Positions 22,957-29,721 of a stretch of DNA of 29,721 nt are shown piece after piece; position 1 is the first letter of the stretch, and every line of letters begins with the position of its first letter. The position numbers and the translations under genes are program-made. The notes under the pieces were generated by a model. That model saw nothing but the letters and a program-made list of their open reading frames with translations, had not been told where the DNA came from and did no database searches. The DNA lies in IMG/VR virus record IMGVR_UViG_3300027863_000561, positions 1 to 29,721 of that record; one strand, written 5' to 3'. Source of the DNA: a virus. Its lineage: Duplodnaviria > Caudoviricetes.

Positions 22957-25900
22957 ATGCCCGGTCAACCCGTTGTACTCGAAAATCTTTCGGGCCTTGT
23001 TTCTACGACAAGGCCCGAGGAATTACCGGAAGGGGCAAGTCCGCGCACCTATGATACGGATTTCGTCACAGGCCGAGTTGTGCAACGCCCGGGCCAGCAG
23101 AACGTCTACTCCTACAGTGCGACATTCTTCGGTCCCAATAATGGCGGAATTGCCGCCAGCGTGCCGACAGAGGGTAACCCGTGGGAATTTCCTGACAACA
23201 TCCTGGCTGCGGACGGCTCGTTTACTACTTCGACTGTTATCTCTGCGCTGACCACCGATACCCTTCGGATCACGAATTTCAATTTGACCGTTCCATCGAC
23301 TTCAAACGTAAGCGGCATTGAAGTTACGGTGAAGGGCTACGCCCCGAGCGCAACAGTGTATGCCCAGCTCCTGCAAAATGGGGTCGCGGTAGGGACAATT
23401 CATTCCGCAGTGCTTCCCACGACCAACGGCACCGTCCCGATGGGAGGCCCGAACGATTCCTGGGGCTTGGCGTGGAACTACGCAAGCGTCGATGATACGG
23501 CCTTCGGGGTCGATATCTGGGTCGTCTCCGCCGGCGCTGCTACGATAGCCCTGGACTCGTGCCAAGTCACCATCTATGGCAGCGAAGCGAGCGCAAACTT
23601 CAACGGTATCTTCAACGCCAACCTCAATTCAAACGACCTGACAACCATTGCTCTTGATGCGCTTGGCCTTCTCTGGTCGGAGGATGTCTACAACGCTCCC
23701 AACATCCTTTCGCGTGCATCGCTGATCCCTTCTGTAGTTCCCGGCAGTTACATGAAGGGGCTGGACGCAAATGGGGTAGCGTACATGGCGTTTTCCGACC
23801 TGAAACAGGGAACCAGCCAGCCCATGCAGTACAATGGGCAATGGGCCGACAGGATTACTCAGGTCGGTCCGGGAGCGGCCCCCGTATTTACCCCACAGCA
23901 GGCCGGGACGGACGTGTTCGGCATTACCTCGATTACACAGCCAGCGCAACAGGTCCGTGGCTACAGCTATTTTCTGCAATCGGCGGGGCCAGGGAACACA
24001 TCGGCGGGAAACAATGTCACCGTCTACTATTCCGATTCCACCCTTGCGGGACCGGACACCGATCTCGTGAATGCCTTCAATTCAGGCAACGCCGTATATC
24101 TGTACATGGAGTTTACCGGCACCGGGATTCCTACAAATGGCCCTTACGTGGTCCAGGTCACGTCGGTCGGGCTTGCATCCCCTCCGGGGCAACCGCGTGC
24201 GTTCTACTACTACACCTATACGCTCCCGACCTCCGCCTATCAGTATTACCAGGGGTCTGGACACTCTACCTACACCGCCACTTACCAGCGCTCCCTGGCC
24301 ACGCTGACGGCTTCCGCGCCAATTCCTGGATTGGCTGTTGGAAACCAGATCGTGGTCACCGGAGCTACGCCTGCGGCATGGAACTCGACGTGGGGCATTA
24401 CGCAGACGCTCAATTCGGGTGCGGTAAGCATCGGTCAGACTTCGGTGGCTTCTGGAGTCGCGACTTACGGCTACACGCTTGTTTCCGGCGTGGCCCCCGC
24501 TGCGGGCCAGTTGGTAACGATAACGGGGACCCTGAACGACGATGGAGCGCTGAACGGCGCGGACCTTCTTATTGTCTCATCGACCGGGGGGGCCACCGGG
24601 ACCTTCACTATCAACGTATCCGCTCCCGATGCCGCGTCTGCAGCTGAATCCGGGCAGGGAGTCACAGCCGGAACACAGTTCGCCTTCGACCCCGGGGCAG
24701 CGGATGTGGGAACTTCCACCGATCCCATTTTTGGCAATACCAGCGTTGGCGGCTCGCTGACATTCAGTGCGTCCTCATACACATTTATGACGGAGGGCGT
24801 GAAGCAGGGCAGCGTGTTCTTTATCACGCGCAATGGGGCGGTAACAAGGCCTGCAAATCCCGTCACATTCACGGTCCCGGCCAACACGGAGAGCATTTCC
24901 GCCACGCTGATTCCGATTGGCCCTCCCAACGTCGTGGCCCGAGGTATCACGTTTACCGAGAGCGGTCAGAACGGCGTGCCCGGCGGAAGCTTCTATACCT
25001 ACGACACGCCCGTTACCTACACGGTGTCTGGTGTCTCCTACACGGCCAGCGCGTTGATTGTTCCTGACAACGTTACGACTTCGGCCGTATTTACTTTCCC
25101 CGATTCCGTCCTTCTGGCGTCGGAGGAAATCGACGTCCCCGGCAACGACTACTTCAATCTGATCGAGATAGGCAGTCCGGTATGGATGGCCCAATATGCC
25201 AACCGGATGCTTTACGGACTTTGCCAGAAGAAGGTGCAGAACTTTGTGAATCTGTCGTTTGACGGGGGATATCTGCCAGGCTATGCACCCCAGCCGCTTG
25301 GATGGTCGAATACGGGGACCATCGCCGGTCTGAGTATGCAGCTCGTGGCCTCCGCCGACTTCGGGAACAGCCTGCAATTGCTGAATACGGGCGCGTCTAC
25401 CATGGCAAACACGGTGGTCCTTTACCAGACAGCCTATCAGGACTTCTATGGAGTGAACATCCTCCAGCCAAACACAGCTTATTCCGTCAGGCTCAAGGGG
25501 CGTGCGCTCAATGCGGATGGTCAGCAGGTACGAATTTCCATTCTTCCACACACCCCAACCGGATTCGGGCCGGAGGTGGGAGGGGCCACATTCACCTTGA
25601 ATCAGGGCGGGTTTACCATCCAGACTGCGGAGATATTGGGGGCGCTCCCGGTCATTGCCAGCAATCTTCAGCTGGCAATTGAGATCATCTCGTTTACCCC
25701 TGGGAACGGCGCGCAGATTGACAGGCTGGAGGTTTTCCCCACGAATGATCCTTCGGAAACCACGACGATCTGGACCAGCTACGCGGGGAACTTTGAAGCA
25801 GTCGATGCGGTAACGGGGCAGCTAGGGTGCGGCGATGACAACCCACAGGCCGCGCAGGGATCGTTCCAACTCCTCGAACAGCTTTATATCGAAAAGACAC

Positions 25901-26901
25901 GTTCAAGGTGCGTTACCCAGGATTCTCCCAACTATGAGCCAAACAACTGGCGGGTAGCGCTGGCATCGCAAGGGGTTGGAGCAATTGGGCCGAACGCCTA
26001 CTATGCGGACGAAGAGTTTGAGATCTCGGTAAACCGTCCCGGAATCTATCTCTTTGATGGAGGAAAGCCGGTTCCTATCACGCGCGAGTTGCAATCCAGT
26101 GGAACGAATGGGAGCCTCCTTGAGGCGGTCAACTGGGATGCGGCAGAGACGATCTGGTGTCGTTTCTCCACCCGCGAGAGGAGGCTGTATGTCGGCCTTC
26201 CGATGATTCTTCCAAACTTCTGGCTGCCAAACGCCGCCCCGGCCACTCCTACATCTCCGAATGTGATACTGATGGGCAACTTTACGGGCTGCCCGACAGC
26301 ACCTGAAATCGAGGAGGCCGTGGCCCTGCATACGACGATCTTTGGCGACTTGAAAGACATCGACATGAGGAGAAAATGGTCGCTATGGCAGATTGTATGC
26401 CCCGTAGCTGAGTTCATTACCAGGGCCGATGGAGCGACGCAGCCTCTATTCCTCTGCAACGGGACTGCGACCAGCAAAATTTACCAACTGGTGAATGGGG
26501 CTGCCTCGGGCGGCCAGAACACCGATGACGGCGCACCGATCAACTGGCTCTACACCACCTATGGCTTCACGAAAGCCAAGCAGGGGCAGCAGATTCCTGG
26601 ATTGGGTGCCTTGCGCAAAGTGTGGTATTACTTCGCAGCGTTGCTGGAGGGAACAGGGAAGGTTGCCATCAAGTTCTATTCCAACAGCCTCGGCGCGCTT
26701 CCCCGGAACACCTACACCGCGCCGCAAGCCACGCTCTCATTTCCTCAGCAAAACGATTGGGAGTGTCCCCTTGAGATAGGCGGCCAGCGTCTGTTTGTGG
26801 AGATTTCCTCGGTTGGGTCTGGCGGATACGCTGAAATCGGAGGCATTATGCTTGATGGCGAAATGGACAAGAATGCGCCTCACCGAGGGATGAACGGATG
26901 A
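22957..26901 (+). CDS. Probable tail nozzle / tubular protein B-like protein with inserted beta-sandwich domains
   Basis: 1314 aa. N-terminus LSGLVSTTRPEELPEGASP...DF...VVQRPG and C-terminal beta-propeller-like segments (GIYLFDGGKPVPIT) fit gp12/gp10-type nozzles; T/G-rich inserts. Confidence 0.6.
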   Translation: MPGQPVVLENLSGLVSTTRPEELPEGASPRTYDTDFVTGRVVQRPGQQNVYSYSATFFGPNNGGIAASVPTEGNPWEFPDNILAADGSFTTSTVISALTTDTLRITNFNLTVPSTSNVSGIEVTVKGYAPSATVYAQLLQNGVAVGTIHSAVLPTTNGTVPMGGPNDSWGLAWNYASVDDTAFGVDIWVVSAGAATIALDSCQVTIYGSEASANFNGIFNANLNSNDLTTIALDALGLLWSEDVYNAPNILSRASLIPSVVPGSYMKGLDANGVAYMAFSDLKQGTSQPMQYNGQWADRITQVGPGAAPVFTPQQAGTDVFGITSITQPAQQVRGYSYFLQSAGPGNTSAGNNVTVYYSDSTLAGPDTDLVNAFNSGNAVYLYMEFTGTGIPTNGPYVVQVTSVGLASPPGQPRAFYYYTYTLPTSAYQYYQGSGHSTYTATYQRSLATLTASAPIPGLAVGNQIVVTGATPAAWNSTWGITQTLNSGAVSIGQTSVASGVATYGYTLVSGVAPAAGQLVTITGTLNDDGALNGADLLIVSSTGGATGTFTINVSAPDAASAAESGQGVTAGTQFAFDPGAADVGTSTDPIFGNTSVGGSLTFSASSYTFMTEGVKQGSVFFITRNGAVTRPANPVTFTVPANTESISATLIPIGPPNVVARGITFTESGQNGVPGGSFYTYDTPVTYTVSGVSYTASALIVPDNVTTSAVFTFPDSVLLASEEIDVPGNDYFNLIEIGSPVWMAQYANRMLYGLCQKKVQNFVNLSFDGGYLPGYAPQPLGWSNTGTIAGLSMQLVASADFGNSLQLLNTGASTMANTVVLYQTAYQDFYGVNILQPNTAYSVRLKGRALNADGQQVRISILPHTPTGFGPEVGGATFTLNQGGFTIQTAEILGALPVIASNLQLAIEIISFTPGNGAQIDRLEVFPTNDPSETTTIWTSYAGNFEAVDAVTGQLGCGDDNPQAAQGSFQLLEQLYIEKTRSRCVTQDSPNYEPNNWRVALASQGVGAIGPNAYYADEEFEISVNRPGIYLFDGGKPVPITRELQSSGTNGSLLEAVNWDAAETIWCRFSTRERRLYVGLPMILPNFWLPNAAPATPTSPNVILMGNFTGCPTAPEIEEAVALHTTIFGDLKDIDMRRKWSLWQIVCPVAEFITRADGATQPLFLCNGTATSKIYQLVNGAASGGQNTDDGAPINWLYTTYGFTKAKQGQQIPGLGALRKVWYYFAALLEGTGKVAIKFYSNSLGALPRNTYTAPQATLSFPQQNDWECPLEIGGQRLFVEISSVGSGGYAEIGGIMLDGEMDKNAPHRGMNG

Positions 26902-27467
26902 GTAGCAAGAAGGGAATCCTTACCGGAGGCCGCGCCCTCACGAAGTGGGTGCAGGAGGAGGGGGTCAAGGGCACGCTCGTCCAAAAGATCATCGATGCGG
27001 TCAATACGCTGGCCGACAATGTTGGGTCCAGCGCGGTGGGTCGGCTGACCGCCCCCCCTCCGATCAACGGATTGAACGTGACGGTAGGAGGCGAATTTGC
27101 TCACATCACCGTCAACCATAACGCTCCGATCAGGCAGGGAATCCACTATTTCGTAGAGGTGGCCACGAATCCTAATTTTATCGGAGCGCACCCTATTCAC
27201 TTTGGGACTTCGCGGACCCGGGACCCTATCCATCTGGCCCCACTCGACTCAAGCGGGGCACCCCAGAGCTGGTATGCACGGGGTTTTTGCCAGTATGTTG
27301 GGTCCGATCCGTCCGTTCCCGTGGCCTATGGAGGGACGAGGCCTAGTCCGATTGTTACGACAGGAACGACCCGGCTTACATGGAATCCTTCTACCGGATC
27401 AGGAACTGCGTCAAATAGCGGATCGCAAATAGGGTGGGGATTCGGAAAAGTTCAGGAGAGGCAATAA
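26898..27467 (+). CDS. Hypothetical virion protein (possible FN3-like domain)
   Basis: ATGA-coupled to the nozzle gene; APPPINGLNV...YFVEVATNPNF...WYARG. Confidence 0.6.
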   Translation: MSSKKGILTGGRALTKWVQEEGVKGTLVQKIIDAVNTLADNVGSSAVGRLTAPPPINGLNVTVGGEFAHITVNHNAPIRQGIHYFVEVATNPNFIGAHPIHFGTSRTRDPIHLAPLDSSGAPQSWYARGFCQYVGSDPSVPVAYGGTRPSPIVTTGTTRLTWNPSTGSGTASNSGSQIGWGFGKVQERQ

Positions 27468-27519
27468 TGTTTGCTATGATAACAACGTGCGGTGGGCGGA
27501 CTAGCGCAGGAGAAGGCGC

Positions 27520-28107
27520 ATGTTCGGTTTAGGCGGTCCGGGATACAGCCAAGCACTTAACGCAGCCACCACAGCCAGTAACGTCGGGGCCGGATACGGA
27601 ACCAACGCCGCCACGGCCAGTTCCCAACTGATGCCTTTTCTGACCCGCGAACTTAATAATCCTCAAGGCTTTACGCAGCAGCAGATTGGCGCACAGCTAG
27701 GAGCGTCTGAGGCTGGTGCCGGGGGCGCGACCAGCGGCATTGCGACGATGGCGGACCTTGCCTCGGCCCGGAACCGAAATTCAGGCGGGTTCTCCGGTGC
27801 ATTGGATGCGGCGGCGAGGGAAAAAGGCCGTACCTTGGCGGGGAACTCTGAGCACATCGCGGCCAATAACGCCAATTTGCAGCAGCAGCAGCAGCAGGCT
27901 GCCGCGCGCGGCCTGATGGGTGAGCAAGGCATGGACCAGAACGCCCAGCTTAGGGCCATGGGGCTGGTTCCTCAGGACATAAACGCGGCCACCCGAGCTT
28001 ACGGCACCGGCGACTGGGCCTCTTCATTGGCGCGTGGATTAGGAGCCATAAATTCGGTTGGAAAGACGCTGGCCGGAGTTCCTGGATTGACAGGGTGGGG
28101 GGGATGA
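27520..28107 (+). CDS. Probable DNA ejection/pilot protein (G/A/Q-rich)
   Basis: SD AGGAG, low-complexity G/A/Q/N composition, and position after tail genes as for podoviral internal proteins. Confidence 0.55.
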   Translation: MFGLGGPGYSQALNAATTASNVGAGYGTNAATASSQLMPFLTRELNNPQGFTQQQIGAQLGASEAGAGGATSGIATMADLASARNRNSGGFSGALDAAAREKGRTLAGNSEHIAANNANLQQQQQQAAARGLMGEQGMDQNAQLRAMGLVPQDINAATRAYGTGDWASSLARGLGAINSVGKTLAGVPGLTGWGG

Positions 28108-29552
28108 TGCAGCCGGCGTCTCAAAACCCGGAAGATGTTTTAAGGTTGATGGCGGCCCCGAAGATTGACCCTCATGTCGCTTTGACGGTCCCAATCACCG
28201 CGAAGCCGCCTCAGCTTCCAGCTTTGCCGCCATCGATGTCTCAGGCTTCCCCTCCCCCTGTAACTACGATGGCCGCCCCAAGGGTGAACAGTCCAGCCTC
28301 GTTGCCGGGGCAGCAAGCACGCCTGGAAGATCATTTGATGGCCCTTCAGCAGAAGGACGATAACCCCTACGGCTCTCCGAATAACCATCCGGGGATGGCT
28401 GGCAAGCTGCTGCATGCCCTGAGCGTGGTCACGGGAGGCCCGGGCAGGCGTGCTTACCAGGAACAGCAGCTTGCGGATCAGATTCAAGGCCTTAGCAAGC
28501 TGGAGTCGGAAGAAGGACTCCAGGCGGCCCAAGGGCAAGCGGACACCGGGAACGCGGAGGCCCGTCTTGAGAGCGCCGCAGCGAAAGCCAATCCTACCGC
28601 GAAGAACGCGAAGCCTGAGACGTGGAAGCCGCTATTGGGAGGCGACGGCCAGATACTTCAGACATTGCCGGGGAAGCTTATTGAGGTAAGTTCAGAAGGC
28701 AACCTGCGTCAGAGCGACCTGCCGGATTCGACCACAATTGCTCAAAAGGAAGCACCTGACCACAGCGCATTTGCCGCATGGTCGAAGAATCCCCAGAGCT
28801 TTGAGGCCTTCCAAAAGTTTATGCACTCTTTTCCATCCAGGAGCGGCCACGGGGGGGAGCTTACTCCCTGGACCGCCATTGAGGCGATGAGAACAGCATA
28901 CACACTCAATCCGGCAATGATTCCGGCAGCCGCGCAAATGGCGGTGCAGGCTTTTGGCGAGGCCGGTATCCATCTTACGCCTCGGCAAGCCCTCAGTCTT
29001 TCCGGCGTTCCTGAAGGTCAGCCGCTTTCGCCGGAAACCGGGAACCCCATCGGAACAGAGATGCCCGAGGCCCCGACAGCCGCGATACGGACCTCCGCAC
29101 AGGGAGCGCAAACGCTTCAGGCCATGATCAAGCAAAACATCCTGCCAGCTCTCCTCGAAGCGCAAAAGGAAGGGGCCGTCGGCATAGGGAGCGGAAGAGT
29201 TCAGGACTTTTTGCTGCGAAAGATCGGCGATCCCAATAGCGCGGCTGCCAAGCTTCAGGCAACATTGGACGCGGTAGGCCCGATGCTGGGCCGCATGTAC
29301 GGGTACCATAGCGCTCGATACGCCCAGCATTTCAACGGCTTCCTGAACACCCGCATGACTCCGGACGCCCTCAAGGGATACCTGACTGGGGTGCTCGAGC
29401 ACGCCAAGACAGCCGAAGAAGCTCAGCGTGGTTACGGAGAAACGCGGAGAAGCGAAGCTCCCATAGTTCAGCACTCGCCAAGCACCGGACAGTACAGATA
29501 TTCGACGGATGGAGGTAGGACATGGCACCCCGGGCAGCCAAAAAGCCAGTAA
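28104..29552 (+). CDS. Probable DNA ejection/internal virion protein
   Basis: ATGA-coupled; P/A/Q-rich, 482 aa; synteny. Confidence 0.5.
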   Translation: MMQPASQNPEDVLRLMAAPKIDPHVALTVPITAKPPQLPALPPSMSQASPPPVTTMAAPRVNSPASLPGQQARLEDHLMALQQKDDNPYGSPNNHPGMAGKLLHALSVVTGGPGRRAYQEQQLADQIQGLSKLESEEGLQAAQGQADTGNAEARLESAAAKANPTAKNAKPETWKPLLGGDGQILQTLPGKLIEVSSEGNLRQSDLPDSTTIAQKEAPDHSAFAAWSKNPQSFEAFQKFMHSFPSRSGHGGELTPWTAIEAMRTAYTLNPAMIPAAAQMAVQAFGEAGIHLTPRQALSLSGVPEGQPLSPETGNPIGTEMPEAPTAAIRTSAQGAQTLQAMIKQNILPALLEAQKEGAVGIGSGRVQDFLLRKIGDPNSAAAKLQATLDAVGPMLGRMYGYHSARYAQHFNGFLNTRMTPDALKGYLTGVLEHAKTAEEAQRGYGETRRSEAPIVQHSPSTGQYRYSTDGGRTWHPGQPKSQ

Positions 29553-29721
29553 CTCCGAACGACTGGCAGACCGTAGACCCGAACGACTGGCAGACCGTCG
29601 GCCCAAATGACTGGCAAACTGTCAACGCCGCGCCTGTTCAGGACAGTACCAATCCCACGACGGGAGACAAAGCCGTCATCGGGCCGACCCAGCCTGAACC
29701 GTGGCTGAATCAGGTGGAAGA
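29522..29721 (+). CDS. Start of the next gene (probable large ejection protein), 3'-truncated; not in ORF track
   Basis: SD GGAGGT precedes ATG 29522; MAPRAAKKPVTPNDWQTVDPNDWQTVGPNDWQTV...; open to the window end. Confidence 0.7.
   Translation, partial: MAPRAAKKPVTPNDWQTVDPNDWQTVGPNDWQTVNAAPVQDSTNPTTGDKAVIGPTQPEPWLNQVE
29555..29626 (+). repeat. 3 x 24-bp coding tandem repeat (PNDWQTVx)
   Basis: Units 29555-78, 29579-602 and 29603-26; differences within PNDWQTV are synonymous in the 29522 frame. Confidence 0.9.

Larger units (their letters stand above)
1..29721. mobile_element. Tailed dsDNA phage/prophage genome fragment (podovirus-like morphogenesis module)
   Basis: Gene order TerS-TerL-portal-scaffold-capsid-adaptor-nozzle-ejection proteins, plus phage-type helicase, methylases and DUF1064. 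No tape measure or sheath gene in the window, and no host housekeeping genes. Confidence 0.95.

Noticed and set aside
27880-27897. (CAG)6 trinucleotide run as a phase-variable repeat
   Set aside because: It encodes in-frame poly-Gln in a Q-rich ejection-type protein, and unit changes would not shift the frame.
11220-29606. Numerous long antisense and alternate-frame ORFs across the structural operon (e.g. 13180-14010, 14518-15366, 24775-25551, 28692-29606)
   Set aside because: Shadow ORFs of high-GC coding sequence, with no SD, motifs or operon logic.

Overview
The whole window is a fragment of a tailed dsDNA phage or prophage with podovirus-like (P22/T7-style) morphogenesis genes. No host genes, integrase, tRNA, CRISPR array or reverse transcriptase are visible. 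Positions 1-4.6 kb (+) carry a 23-aa tandem-repeat protein, a KTSC-like protein, an SF2 helicase, an HNH-like protein, an N4/N6 DNA methyltransferase and a DUF1064-like nuclease. Positions 4.6-5.35 kb have no convincing ORF and are densely base-paired, making this a candidate large structured ncRNA and the top finding. Positions 6.0-8.2 kb (-) form an early-type operon of small genes with a repeated RBS/start junction, driven by a near-consensus sigma70 promoter that is duplicated at 10.7 kb. Between the two promoter copies lie a Zn-ribbon gene, ParB-MT-A70 methylase, a PD-(D/E)xK-like nuclease and a LuxR-type regulator. Positions 10.8-29.7 kb (+) carry TerS, TerL (atypical Walker B DQ), portal, scaffold, a structured leader plus major capsid protein, a GroES-like co-chaperonin, head-tail adaptor, nozzle-like protein and ejection-type proteins. 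All calls come from motif reading and synteny only; no searches or folding programs were run.
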